A DNA stretch of 63,489 bases, the filler included, from Reclinomonas americana ATCC 50394 (Eukaryota), in assembly GCA_048213135.1 (NCBI GenBank). It is 8 parts of 8 records of this genome, joined end to end, with 100 filler letters (N's around TTAATTAATTAA, not from the genome) between each part and the next. Parts side by side here need not be neighbours in the genome. Positions count along the whole stretch, not along the records: positions 32,378 to 57,294 come from AFZH01019022.1; 7 more parts are not named here. One strand, 5' to 3'. Every line of letters starts with the position of its first letter. The first letter of the stretch is position 1. This document shows positions 38,401 through 53,400 of the stretch, one piece after another. Made by a program: the position numbers and the translations under genes. The notes below the pieces were generated by a model that saw only the letters and a program-made list of their open reading frames with translations, had not been told where the DNA came from and ran no database searches.

Positions 38401-41400
38401 GCGTGGCTCCAAACACCGTATCCACCGTCGACACCAGCAGCTGCACAGTGAGCCAGGGATTGAGCACACGTAGCTGCTCACGACGAACAACTAAAATTTC
38501 CCCTGACAACAATCTGCACTTCTTGTCCTCTCTTCAGTCTCCGCTCTCTCCATCAAGAATCTCGCCACCGACATGCAAGCAGTCGGCGAGTGTGCTTTGA
38601 GAATGAAGTAAATGAGAGGTGTGTCTATTCCTTGCCCTTCCTTCATCTTTCCTCTCTCCGTCTCCCCTTCTTCCTTCTCCTCACGCTATCTCCCTCGCCA
38701 CCAACATGCAGCAATCGGTGAGTGCGCTTGAGAAAGACACAAGTGAGAGACGAGTCTACTCTGTCTCCGTCTCTCCTTCTTCTTTCTCCTCACGCTCTCT
38801 CCCTCGCCACCGATGTCGACTTTCAGCGATCGGTGAGTGTGCTTTGAGAAAGACGCAAGTGAGAGGTGTGTCTACCTCTCTCCGTTTCTCCTTCTTTTCT
38901 CCTTCTCTCTCCTTCTTCTTTCTCCTCACGCTCTCTCCCTCGCCACCGAAATACAGCAATCGGCGAGTGTGCTTTGAGAACCAAGCAAGTGAGAGGTGTG
39001 TCTACCTCTCTCCGTTTCCCCTTCCTTCCTACATCTCTCCCTCCTTCTCCTTCACCTCCTCTCTCTCCCTCTCGCCCTTCTCCCTTCCCCTCCCCCCGGT
39101 TTCCCCATTTCTCTCACCTGCACGGAGGACACTGGAAGATAGCTGCCAATCGTGGCCATGTGCACAGCTGTTTGCATCAGGGAACTTGCGGCGGTTGTTG
39201 CAACGGCGGCCGCGGCAGAGTCACCGCTCTTGCCCATATCACGCAGTGAGCTGACATGCGAATGCGCCAGTGAGTAAACGAGTTTAAGGTACGCTGAAAA
39301 AGGTGGAGATGACAGCACCTGGCCAGATCTCCAGCCACAAACAGCATGGTGGTGGTGGTTTCGGGAGAGAGTGACAAGTCGATTTTCGCAGCGGTCGCCG
39401 ACAACAACATTGCGGCGTCACGAACGGCTGCTCGGTTAGAAGAGACTGCACCGTCCTTGTGAGAATCAAGAAAGAGACGCGCGCGAGATACCCACATGGT
39501 AGCAGGGTGTCTCACCATCGAGCAGCGCAGATTGGTCACCCACAGTCAGTGCCGATACGCCGGCACTCAGCGAGCCCATGGCATCCGCCACCTCACTGTC
39601 GGTAAAGTCGGTAAGGTCAAGCTGCTGCGCTCGGTCAAAGATGCCGCGGAGAAAGGCTCCGTCACTTGCAGTTGTGGACGGTGCGGTCGACTCGAGAACC
39701 ACAATCGTGGAGTAGACATCGACAGACGCGCCGTATACATCGCGAACCGTGACGCCGACTTGCAGGTGATTGCCGGTGGAGGCGCTCCCAGCCAGCGGAA
39801 AGATAACGCCCCTGATAACAGAAATCGTACTGGCCGTGATAAAGACCTGTGGACGAGAAAGGGGAAGGGAGGTCAGCGTGAAATGAAATGCTGCATTTTG
39901 GGGACGAACTGGTTCTTTCAAGACCAACCTTGGTGCCGAGCGACGGGTGCACGTAGAACGGGAGATAGGACACTGGACGCGTGCGCACATACAAGCAGGT
40001 GAGATACAGTTCCATTCGATGAGCACGAGAACAACAGGCGACGCACGAGGTTGATCCTTGTCCACAAAGTCGGTCATTGTGAAGGTAAAGGCGGTGATTC
40101 GGGCCACGCCACTCAGCGGCGTAATGGCAAGAGTGCCAGCAGTCGGCAAATCATTGATGTCGAGTGTGATGGAAGGAACAACTGGGGCGAGGCACGTCGT
40201 CAGGCACTTCTATCACAGCACGGGTACAGCATAGCAAGACCCGGACGTACCTGGAGTGCTCAGCGCGGGCAGTGCCAACAACTCAAACACATACTTCTTG
40301 TTGCCCTCGAAAACACCCTCCTTGATGCGCACAGCAGGCGGCTGTCCAGGAGCCGATGAAGGAAAATCGAAATCAGGCAAACCGAGCACCAGCTCCTGCG
40401 TCGACCCTGCATTGCGCACACAGATGCGAGTTCAGTAACACGACTGCGAATACGTCTCGCTGAATCGCTGATACCTTGCTGATACGCTCGCCACGAGAAG
40501 CTGGTGTCCGTGGGAGTGCCGAATGCAGTGGCGGTGATGGAAATCGAGCGCAGCGGGTTCAGCCGTGCAGTTGAAGCGCCGACAGCCAAAGGTGACGCCG
40601 AGACCTGTGCACGCAACACCATGATGAATAACAACGCCACCTCGCACCCAAGCAACAGAACGTCGACAAACCACTCTGAATGCGACAGATTCTCCTCCTT
40701 GGACTGTCACGTCTGCGGTCGCGTGCCGGTTGCGAGTTCCTCGAGTCACTGTGCACCCGAACGAGTAGCTGCAGGGAAGAGACGTGAGAAGCCCATTTCC
40801 CTCCTTGTTAGGCACTCTGGGTGATGCCGTCACGCAACATGCCCGGCGTGCTGAAGCCAGCAGCAATGGTCAGCACTGCAGACCGCTCCGTCGAAACAAC
40901 GGATGCCCCACAGGGTGTGCCCCCGAAAGAGCATGTCCACGTGAACACCACCGGCACGTCTCGCACCAGCGACCGAGTTCGGTCAACATCCACCAGTGTG
41001 GCCTGCACGGTCACAGGTCCGCCGACACCAACCACCGGCCCTATGGGGGTCAACGACAGCTCCAAGTCATGGAACTCTGTGCGCGCGGGTGACGAAACAG
41101 AACACAAAATGAGTGTGACAAGATGGCAGATACACGCAGAACGCAGCACGCAACGAGTGACAATAGCTTCTGCCGCTGGCGTCAAGTCTCCCGAGTTCGC
41201 GTCCGTGACGACAAACACGAAGAGATCGGAGTAGCCGGTGGCCGCCTCGAGGCCGGCCAGAGTGCACAGCACCGGAGTCGTCGAGGTCCTGTTGAACGTC
41301 AATACCGTGTGAGTGAATGAAAGAGTGATGGAGAGAGCGGGCAACACACACGGAAACTCACCACAAGCAGGGCGATGTCGTAGGATGCCAGTCGATGAGT

Positions 41401-44400
41401 CGCGTTCGCCCGCTTGCTGCGCGCTTCTGAATGACTTGAAAACGTGGATTCGGACTGATCAGAGGCAGTCAGCGCACCAGTAAGGAATATTGTCAGTGCA
41501 GTGACAGGAGGAGGCTCACCCTTCTGCCGCATTAGGTGGGCCGTTGGCTTGCACAAACCTGCACATTACGAGCAAAGCTTTCACAAGGGAACGAGAAATT
41601 CGTAGAAACCCGGTCTCTCTGTCGCCCTCAGTGTCCCTCTCAACGCAACACTGGAGCCGTCGTATAAGTCGGGTTGCCGGCATTCCGCATCGCTGCCGTG
41701 TGCACGAGGAGAGTTTTCCCTGCACAGCCCGCATCAGCACGCTGCGATTCGAATAGAAGATGGAAGCACGCATGCACACGCACCCAAGACCAGCTGCTGA
41801 CGCCCAAAGTCGTTGTCATTGGCCAGCGCCACACTCAGCGTGTAGTTCGTGTTCGGCTGCAGCCCGGTGGCCGTACACACCACGGTGTCGGTGTATGTCG
41901 TCGGCCACGGGCACGGATTCGGCACAGTCGACAGCCAGAGCACTCCGTTGACGAATACCTGCACTCGTTCGCCAGAGGTGCGCTCATGCCATGTTGAAGA
42001 CGACAGTGTCGAAAATGTGCGCCGCATGACAAACGTCACATTTTCTGGATGGCGCAGCAAGTCCATTACGGCCAACTGGTCGGCGATGCTCGTCTCTGCA
42101 GTTTGGGGCGACGCATTCGCACAATCAGTGAGGCACTGGCGCAGCAAAGTAGGGAAACCACTAATCTTCAGTGAGACTGACCGATACCAAGCGAGTAGCT
42201 GCCTGCTCGGTTGAATGCTCCCACGGACGGCGCAGCAGTGTAGTCGACGCAGACAGCGTACCAGGATTTGAATCGATTCAAGAAGAATCCGCTCACCACG
42301 ATTTCGTGACTCGCATCCACGGAGGTGGTGCTCTGCTGTGCAGTCGCCAAGTCGACTGTCAGCGTGCCGTTGCGTGTCGGACCCAACAATGGCGCCACGC
42401 AGGACGTCGCCCACGGCATGCTGACATCGTCGACGGGTTCCAGTCGCACAGCCCGCAGCGAGGTCCGCGGCTCCAGTCCCAGACCGCGAAGAGTGAGTCG
42501 TGCAGTGGGATCGTTCGCCGGAAGAACGAGCGGATAAATTGTCTCCACACGTGCTGCAGTCGGGCGGGGGTGCACAAGTGAGACACTTGCCAGTTTCATA
42601 TAGAGGGGCTTGCATAACAGACCAACAAAAATGTACACCGCCTCCTTGACATTGAAGAAGGCGCCATTTGGGTCGGCTGCGGCGGCGTCGAAACACAGCG
42701 AGTATAGGCCGGCCTGCAGTCCACTAGCCACCGTGATGAGCATGCGAGTGTCGCCATTCGTCGACTGCAGCGACACCGTGTCGGAGCTGTCAATGGTCAA
42801 CGAGCCGGTGGCAACACTGGCCGCCGGCAGGACCGTACACACAGTGGCCTCACGCTCAAAACGGACCCGGCGCAGCAGAAATTGCGGCTGCAGAGCGACG
42901 CCGCTGACGGTAAAGATGGAATTCGGCACGTTTTCGAGAACCGTCACCGGTGTGAAGGAGGCCACGGAGGCTGCAAATGCGACGCAGAGTCAGCAGAGCA
43001 CGCTCAGGTGAGACAGGATGAAGGAGAAAGGCCGGCCAGCGCAAGATGGGCATTGACTGCGTGCAAAGCAAGACACCAACTCTTCCCGGTGTCCGACTCA
43101 CAAGTCTCTGAAACGATGAGCGACTGCTTTTGACTGAGAACAGGCACCTCTTCGTTTTCACGCATCACTCTCCTTTCTCCCCTTCCTCTCCCCCCTCCCC
43201 GCGCTCCCTCTATCTGTCGCCACTCACCAATGGCAGCACTGCCGTACTGCACAAAGAGTGGCTGCGCGTACACCGACAGATCAACACACACGGCATATGT
43301 GTCGAGTGGCAGCGCGCCCGCTTGAATAACAACTTGCGTGCCGTCAGTGTCGTCCGCCACAGCGCCAAAGAGGAACGGCATCGACACTGTGCCCGTTGCT
43401 GGACTGCTGCCAGCAGCAGCACACGTGGTCGACGCCTCAAACCGCACACTCCGCACACTCACATTCGCACGCAATCCGTCACCCGAGATCGTGAAGCGCG
43501 CTGTTGCATCTCGCCGGAAAAATAACAGCGGAGCAACACCGACAATGTGCGGAACATATAGCTCACGCACAATCGGCGACACAGTCGGCAGTTGCTCCGG
43601 CCATTTTTGTAGAGCTGTGGTGGGTGAGTCGGAGACGAGCTCAACGCACACCGTCCAGCGTCCGGCAGGCACACCGGCGGCAAAGAGAATTTGGAGACTG
43701 GTGAAGCTCGCATTGGCAGACAGCGCAGAGGGAGTGATGGAAGTGACTGGCGATGGATACGTGCACAAGGCGCCTCGTTGCAGGACCACACTCCGCAGGG
43801 CGCCCACAGGATCCATGGCGAAGCCGGTGAGTGTGACGACAGAGGAGATTGCGTTTGGAAGCACAGTGACTGGTTGCATCAGCGTGGCGATGGCTGTCGC
43901 GGAGCACAACGTGAGTAAGGAGTGCTTGACGAAGAAGATTCACAAGATGTCAACACAAACCGACATAGAGGCGGCGCGAGGAGACTTGCGTCGGCGCACC
44001 GTCTGGAGCCGCTGCTGTCCATTTCACACAGACGCAAAAGACGCCAGCGGGGATTCCATTGTTACCGTCCATGTTCAGTGGCACCAAGGCGACACTGCCG
44101 TCGGCCACCCCACTCGGATTCGTCACTCGCGCACCAAGTACCACCACGGACCCCGCGGGAAAAGGAGTCAACGCAGCACATGAGGGTGCGGGGGTAAAGA
44201 TGACTTGGTCGATGCTGTCGCTAGTCAGCCCCATGCCTGCACAACGACGCAATCTTGAGCAAACCCCGGCAGAAAGGGGCAGAATTGCGCTACCATGACC
44301 CCTTCCCTCGTTTCCTGCCTCATACATACATACCGATAAGCGTCACCGGTATCAGGGATGCACTGGCGAGAAGTACTGGAGGCGAAAAGGAGTCGGCTCG

Positions 44401-47400
44401 TCCGACCGACACCAAGAGCACGGAGGGTCCAGGGGTGAGGGTATTTGGTGGATCGACGGCATATTCCACACAAATCTGTGAAGCGAACAGTAAGACGAAC
44501 TGCTATTCCGAAATCGGAGTCATCGATGTGCGCGCTTCTTCTTACCTTGTACACGGTCGGCGACAAGCCACCCTGCGGGACAACCACTCGCATCATGTCG
44601 TCGGCTGCGCTCGCAGTTTCTAGAGCGCTGGCACGCAGCGGAGTCTGGTCGCACGTGCCGACAGATGCGGATGATGCCACAGGCGAAAAGTACACGTTGC
44701 GCACGGCCGCAGCAGGTCGAAGGCCCGAGCCGACCAACACGATCGATGAGCCAGACACGGTGGCCAGCACGCTCGGCAGCACCACCGAGGAGGCTCCAGC
44801 TATGCAACGTACAAACAGTCACAACGAGGCTGCAGACTATCATCGACAAAGCACATTGATGTCGCTCACCCAAATTCAACACGCTGCCGACCTTGACAAA
44901 TGAGGCGACAGGATTGCTGTTCAACAAGTCAACGCACACACTCCACTGTCCGAGCAGCAGCGTCGGCATGTTGCCGATGGAAAACGTGAACGCCGGCAAG
45001 CCGTTCAGGGACGGTGCTTGCGTCATCTCTGCCACCACAAAGTTGCGCGACAGCGATGTGCTTGCGGTCAGCGCACCGATGGAACACTGCAGGCCACGCT
45101 CCAGGCGAACTGCGCGTATCATGTCCAATCCAAGACCGATGCCCGCCAGCGTGAGAGGTGCCACGGTGCTGGCGGACGAGATGAAGTCGGGCGAGAACAT
45201 CGTGACGCCTGCGTATCGGAATATAAGAATGAAATGAAAAGATGCCGCTCCTCCTAACAACTCGCCACACACCGCGGCTGCAAATGTTCGTGAACTTGAA
45301 CAGCGGAGGACACGTGCATGATCCGTCGCCAGCGACACCAGAGTTGCATATGCCGCCATTCTGGCACGGGCAAGCTGCGGAAGACAAACGAAGATGCATG
45401 AGCAAGTAACGCGAGAAACAACACGGAATTTGACTCACGAGTGCAAATTGAGCCATACGCCGTTGACGAGCAGTCTGCAGTGGTGAACGACTGAATGCTG
45501 CCTCGCTGCATCGACGATGCATCCAGGATGCGATAATAGTACGTGGTGAGTGGGAAAAGATTTTGAACGCTCGCCGTGACAACAACATTGCTGGTGGATG
45601 GTGACGGAGTGGCGTCGACGGTGGCAATAGGTACTGACAGGCTGCGAACTGCATTAGACAAGTCTGAAAAAGCGCAGCAGACACAAGATTCATAGAACAT
45701 CGGTCAGCGTAGGTCGCAGCACCGTGAGCACGCCAAAGAGAAACGTACCGGAGATGGCCAGAATGCGACTTCGTGGTTCGAATGCGGCACCCACCTACGA
45801 GAAGATGTGTGGTGAGCAAAACAGAATATACTTCTAATACAGCACGTACAACTTACTGGAGTGTTAAATGTTGCAGTGAATGGAGCCCCATTATTGTCGC
45901 CACTTTGCCCATAGCCAACGCCGGCCACTGTTGTAACTCCAAATCCGTCAATCACACGAATGAGTTTGCGTTCATCCTAGTCACACGGAACGTCAGAATG
46001 AGCAAGTTTTGCGCGACGCACATGCTAGAGGCGTAACTGCGACATACGTAACATCAACAACGTAAACATTTCCAGTGACTGGATCGAGGCCAATACCGAC
46101 AGGCGATGTAAACAAAGCGTCTGTCCCCGCACCATCCACGAAGCCTGACATGGAGCTACCAGCAATGAGGGTGGCCACAAATGTGGTGGTGTCAATCCGG
46201 AAGATTCCTGGGATTCCTTCGTCGCACACATACAGAAAACCGCGCAGCTTGTCCAGTGCAACTTGACGCAAGGCAGCTGACGGCGTCACGGTGGACGTAA
46301 TTGCTGGAGTTGTAATGGTTCCGTTATCGATGTTGACGCGCCTACAAGAGCATTCGTGTGTTAGCGGAGGTGATAAGCGAAAACGATTGCAGTCATGTGG
46401 GTCGAACCGAAGTGGGCCTAGCTGGGCAACGTAGGCCACACGAGATGCAAAGTCTGCCGCGATACCCTGCGGATAAGAGAACTGGCCACTGGCCAGCGTG
46501 GAAACTTGTCCGCCAGTCAGTTTTCGCACAACGTGGTTGTTCTGCAGTGAGCATGCTTGAGCACAATGCTAATCAGTGCATCCTGAGCTAAGTGAGCAAG
46601 TAACTCTATCAGCAATGTACACCTCGGTTCCAAGAGGATCCACTGCCACAGCATTTGGGCTGCGAGAGAAAACGGTAAGCATCTTTGCTCGCCAAACAAC
46701 GGCCTGCAAGCAAGGAGACTGACCCATTGAACAAGGCAGATAAAGCCGGTCCATTTTGTAGCCCTGAAGAGTTGTACACTCCGGCGATTGTTGACACGAC
46801 GGCTCCGGGACTGATTTTCCTGATTGTATGACGACTGACGCGGCATGACAACAGTTAGTAGAGCACAGAAGATGATAAAACTGCGTCGACTACGCACTAT
46901 GAATCCGGGACGAAAATGTTGCCAATGTCATCAGCGGCGCCAGCCTGTCAACAGGATATCGATATCAAAAAACTGCGCCCAATTACAGACTACAGAGAGA
47001 CGCAACAGCTGGCCCAACAAATCGTGCCGCCGATCCCACGCCGTCGGCGGAGCCGGAGAGACCGGGTGTCCCAGCAAGCGTGGCCACCACTGGCTGCGAA
47101 CTGAACGGCGAAGTCGACAGCTCAAACCTCGGAGTCACGCCACTGGATTGCACCCTGCCAACGAGAGTGGCGCTGGTGATAGTGATGTCCCCAACAGGCA
47201 GCGTGCTCACAGTTTCCGAGGCTATGATGTGAGAGAAGACCTGTTTTGAGATAGAAATACACAGACAGGGCAGGGTGGTCATTGTTCGCAACTGACAGGT
47301 TCCAGCGGCGAGCGAGTGGAAAAGGCAACAATCAAGCCTCGTGCTGATACAATGTTGGTGGCGCGATAATAGTACGTTGCAGATGGAAACAGCGACGCGG

Positions 47401-50400
47401 TCAGCGATACGATACGAGTCGCTACGGAGCTGCTGGGTGGCCTGGTACTCTGGCGCCAGGAGGGGAGTGCAAGAAGGCGGATGGCGTGGTTGCTTGAATC
47501 TGTAAGGAGGGGGAGAGTGTAAGAACAGATGCCAGTGCATGCAAGCGTCGACGCCAACAAGCAGCACCTGCCACAAACAGGCCCCCGCGAATCCAGGCCA
47601 CACCATTCTGTGAGTGAGCGCCCTGGTTAGCATTTCTGCAGAACATTTTCAGGCAAGACATTCGACCAAGTCCTACCGGCAAGTTGAGTCGCGAACTTGT
47701 CAGGTAGCCATCGGTAGTGCCTGGTACAGTAGCCAAGCCAGCCACGGTGCTGACCTGCGCTTCCGTGGCGTCGATTTGCCTAATGATAGAATTATTTGTC
47801 TGCGACAGAACTCGGTTGAATCGCTCATTCCTATTGCAAAAGTACATGGCTCGAACAGCGACGCAACATCTGCAACGTAAACCACATCATCAAGGCTGAC
47901 GGTGATACCCGCCGGACTGTTGAATGTTGTCTCGTTTATCACGGCGCTATCCAAAGAGCCGACGCTGCCAGGGGACCCAGCGAACAAGGAAACAACGGCG
48001 GAGGCCAGATCGATTGTTCGGATGGTGTGGTTGCCAGTGTCCGCCACGTACAGCAGCGTATCCGCACTCGCCAGTGCCACTGCGCTTGGTGTATTGAACC
48101 GCGCAGTGGAGCCCGTTCCATCTGTGCTACCAGCTGAACCGGATGCGCCAGCAACAACTTGCGTAGCACCGGCTTGTGTAACAGACCTGAGAAGTGCAGC
48201 ATGGTGACGCATTAGTTCCACGGCGAGAGGGCGCACGAATCCATGTGGACAGTACGTACAGAATAGTATGGTGACCGCTGTCGGCCACGTACACCAGCTG
48301 GCTCGCGGTTATGGCCAATCCGCGAGGTGCAGACAAATTTAGATTCGTGGTCAGGGTATCCACTGTGGTGCCACTGATGCGCCGCACATTGGTGTTACCG
48401 TCCTGGAAGCACATCATGTGAGACGATGATGATACGCATAGTGACGGAGCGAGACACCAAAACCTCCACGACAAAAATGTCGCCGGTGGCTTGGTGCACG
48501 GCAACGCCTGTGGGACTGTTTGTGCCATATTGGTCAAAGAGTGAAGATGACATAATGCGCAGAAATATGGTCCGCACACCTCGAAAACATGGCTGACGAC
48601 ACGGATCCATCCAGAGCTCCGGGCTGGCCAGTGCCAGCAATCGTCGACACAAGGCCACTTAAACTCATTCGTCGAATTTTGTGGTTGCTGCACATCGAAT
48701 GAGCGGAGGCAGCGAACCGCGACAAGCGGAATCGATGCAACGCAACTTTCGATCCGCAATGACCATGGAGCCAGTCGACGCATCCGCTGCAATGCCCTGC
48801 AATCCTCGGGTGATCAGCAAGCGGAAGCCACATGACTGCTGCCCCGATCGCTTCATGCTCACCCATGGAGTGAAAAACGCGGCGCTTGCCCCTTGTCCAT
48901 CGGCGGCTCCGGTGACGCCAGGCGCACCAGCAATCGTCGACAGTAGCGTAACACCAGACGCAAATGTGGACGGCGACAGGGAGACATCAAAAGCACAAAT
49001 CATTTCGACACCCGTGCCGTTCGGGTCGATGACACCATTGAGGATCGCTGTTGTGGTGGTGACAGCAGTGGCGACATTGGTGGTGACCAAGGGGGCTATA
49101 CAACCGGCGTGGTGAGAGGCCGAATCCATCAGTGTTTTCACAGACGCACTCACCAGGCGCTGGAGTAAATGCTTGAGAGGTGAACTGCACAGTAGACCCG
49201 ACGCGATTGCTGACCGTGTCTACGGCTCGGTACACATATGTTGTCAACGGCAGAAGAGAGGAGACTGTCGCGGAAAAACTCGTTGGCGTGGTTGCAGTGA
49301 GCGGACTTGCTGAAATCGTCAATGGCGGCAACACGGCCAGTCGTAGGGAGCCATTGGCAGAGTCTGGCACGGCAGTCGTGCATAAGACGGCAGGCAAGGG
49401 TCAAGGAGGACAGCAAGAAATGACTCACCGGCAATCACCAGTCCATGTGCCCACGCAGCCAACCCGCGCTGTGCCGTGGCGTGAGCTGCTGGTGCGCGCT
49501 AAACTCCGACAATGTCTTGACACACTCACCACAGTGCTCAGACGCGATCCGTTGCCTGCCCCGTCAATTAAACCTCCAGTGTCGACGACGCCGAGAAGCG
49601 TGGACACGCTACTCGCAGACTGCTGGACCGCGCGCACAGCATTTCCCTACGCCGCCATAGATGCAACGCATTAACAATCACTCCAATCTCGACATACCCA
49701 CCACCAGGCACGCAGCGCAACGTCAGCAACATACAGCGTGTTGCCATCTGTACTGGTAGCAATGTGCGCCGGCAACTGGAACCGTGCGGAGGTAAGCTCC
49801 CCGTCAAGAGCCCCGGACATCCCAACGGTGCCGGCGACAAGTGAGACGGTGGAGGTGGACAAATCGATCTTGCGAATGACCCGATTGCCGAGATCAGCCA
49901 CGTAGAGAGTGTTGCCATCTGGGGCCAGCGACACTGCCGAAGGGGCATTGAAACGCGCGCTGACGCCAACTTCGTCCGCTGAGCCACTCACACCGGCAGC
50001 CCCAGCGACAGTCGTTACTGGTCCGGCAAATGCGAGGCGGCTGCAAAGCAAAGCGGTTGTGAGAAGCGAAAATCACAAAGCTGTCATCTGGCTGCAACAC
50101 GTCCAACCGAATTGTGTGGTCGAGAGCATCCGCCACGTACACACATTCGTGTGCTAAAGACCCGTCAACGGCGATACCCTGCGGCAACCTAAAGTTGCTA
50201 CTAACGGTGGATACTTGGCCATTGGCAATCTTGCGTAGCGAATGGCTACCCTCCTGTGACCACGGACAATGGATGAGAACAACACATCAACTCTGGGCTA
50301 ACCTGGTGCAGCGCATCATACTCACTTCAGCGACATACACCTCGCGATTCAGACTGTCGAATCCAACCCCCGTTGGGCTGTGAACAGCAATGAGAAAACG

Positions 50401-53400
50401 ATCAGCAACGAGTGTGCAGTGCCGCACTGTCTAACATCTTGCAGTGCCGATCACGCACCGTGAAAAACGTGCTGTTTCCGCCGGACCATCGACGCTGCCA
50501 ATAGCCCCAGTACCGGCCAACAACGTGACCGTGCCGGCGAGCGTCACCGCCCGCACGACATTGGCTCTGTTGAGCATGTGATAGAAAACCATCAGTGGGT
50601 GACTGCGATGACGCGCGAATAAGCATGACGCACTGATAGTCGGTGACGAAGAACGTGCCGCTGCTTGCATCCAATGCCACGCCCTAATTTCTCATCGAAA
50701 TATGGAAAGGATGTTAAAACGCACACTATCAGGTAACAAGCATCCTCACTGCGTGAGCCCGGCGCACCCATGGACTCGGGAATGCCCCGGTGCTGGAGGC
50801 AACCAAGGTGGACAGGACAGGCACTGTGCTGCCAAAGGCGGCGGACGAGAGAGCAAGATGGAAAGCATTGCTGGTGAAGCCCGTGTCAACTGTCGCATTC
50901 AGCACAGCGCTGGTGGAGGTGACAGACGACGCGACCAGCGTGCTCACAACAGGTGCTGCGATGCAAGGAAATGGGTACCAACTTTCAACGGCGCAAAAAT
51001 GACACGCTCACAAACCCGGATTCGCCGGCATCGTGGTAAACTGACTTGACTGGGGGCGAGCCGACAAGTCGGAAGGGCTCACAAACCGATACACGTATGT
51101 CGTCGACGACAACAACTGCCGCACACTCACTGACGCCGAATAGCTGGTGCCACGAATACCGTCACTGGAAGGGCTGATAGCTGTCACATCGGGTGGGATG
51201 GTGACAAGCCGTATGCGTGAAGATCCAGCATCTGACACAAGCACGCACGGTAAACATTCTCATCTGGATCGAAGAGATCACCACTGCACGAACGCACCGG
51301 AAACAAACAGAGTGCCATGCACGGCTGACATCATGCCAGGTGCATTGAATGTAGCGTTGAAGCCGTAGCCGTCGACGGCAGGACCGGTTGCGGAGGATGC
51401 TCCTGCAACAACTATTATCTGACTGCCGGAGAGATATCGGATGCAATTGTTGCCCGTCTACAAGTGGCAACCTTCAGTATGGGGGTAGCAAGAGAGAACG
51501 GGATCATATGAGACGCAACATCAGCCACGAATATTGTCAGCGAATCTGGGTAAACGACGACGCCGGTAGGGTTGTTCATGAGAGTGCCAGTTGCGCCAGA
51601 CATGCCCGGCTGTCCAGCAACGAGAGTGACGACGAATGTGCTCAGGTCCACCGACCGGATCACGTGATTGCCACTGTCGGCCACCAACAGACGCTGTGTC
51701 GTTGAATCCAGTGCGATTCCAATTGGTTGATTGAATGAGGCCGTGATGGCAACACCATTTGCGTATCCGCTGCTTCGTCGAGTGCCAGCCAGCACGCTTA
51801 CAAGCCCACTGGCGGAGGTGCGACTGTGACACAAAGATGATGAGACAGGTGGTACAGCAAGCGTGGCGCTCTGCAGGGCGGAAAACGCACAAAATAACGT
51901 GCAGCGCAGCATCGGCCACATAGAACTCGCCACCGGAGAATTCGGCGACCGCAACACCTCGAGGAGCCTGAAAATCAGTCGTCACTGTGGACACTTGATT
52001 CGCTGACAGGCGACGCAGGCTGTGGTTGCCATCCTACAAGAACACAACAACAATGAATACATGTGCACAGATACCAAAAAAACGAAGCTTTTAATTCGCG
52101 CACCTCGGTGACAAGAATGTCCCCATTGCGTGCGTCCACAACTACGCCAAACGGTCTGTGACGAACGCGGTCATTTAAGCAGATTGCCAATCTCATCACG
52201 TTCTGCGGCATACGCACCGTGAGAAACTGGCCGCAGTATATGGACCGTCTGACGAGCCCGAGACACCAAGAGTGCCGGCCAGTGTGCTCACGCTGCCATC
52301 CATACCCACTGATCGGATCACATGGTTGCTGCACAAAGGAAAGGAAAGTGGGTCCGACTCGCAAATGGAGCAAGGGCAAACACGCGCAGGCGGTACGAGC
52401 GTACTTTGTGTCGCAGACGATAATGCGACCAGAGGTCCAGTCCACAGCCACTCCCTTTTGTGATTGCCAATTACAATGCAAGTAAGTCGCGAGTCTGGCC
52501 ACAGCAGACAACGTTCAACAACAACAAACCATCGGTGACGATAACGACAGGCTGTTGTCCACTGCCGATGACCCAGCTAGTGTGGACACTGTGGCCGCAC
52601 CACTGCCAAAAAGATCGGCTGACGTGGCCAGCTCGAACTTGAAAGAATTGGTCAAAGAACTGGTGAGCGTGGCAGCGCCTGACAACGTGGCCGAATTCAC
52701 ACCGACACTGGTGGCGGGATCGGTGGTCAACGAAGTCACTGAGATCAGCACACGAAAAGTGAGCAATTAGCGTGCCAGTTGTCCCGGGTCACAATATGCA
52801 AGACTGTACCCACCGAGATTCGTGGTGACAGAGGCCGTGGGCGACCGAAAAGGCGAGTTCAGGTCCACCCCGCGATATATGTATGACAAGCCCGAAACCA
52901 GTGCGACGCTAGCCGTCAGAGTGACCGACGTGGATCCAGTCGCAGTGGATGGCGAAGTGACATATGGACTCGGCGGCAGCGTGATGATTCGGATGGCACT
53001 GTCGCCAGTGACAGTATCGTTTGTCGTCAGTGTCACAGTGGAGCCCTCGACGACTACACCGTGCTGCAGAATGGGGGAAATGGCGCAAAATGAGACAGCT
53101 TCCTCGTTGACTAAATGCACGACAGATCGAACCGGTGTTGGGAAAGACGCGGAGGTGAGTGGTCCATCATTGGAGGTGGACCAAGCTGGTGAGCCTGCAA
53201 GTGTGCTCACACTGCCGGATGTCGCAATCACCCGCACCGTGTGGTTGCCGGCCTGGCGCGACAGAAAACGACGTAAATATTACGCATGTTGGTGCGCATC
53301 TCCAGCGCACAAAACAACTCACCTCGACTACGAACAGAGAGCCAGAGAGGTGCTCGTATGCCACTCCTATCGGATCGCGGAACAAGGCGCCACCCGGAGC

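Noticed and set aside
38561..39020. Repeat-spacer pattern resembling a CRISPR array
   Set aside because: The repeats are long and degenerate, the spacers are low-complexity CT tracts, no cas genes are present and the context is a eukaryotic intron.
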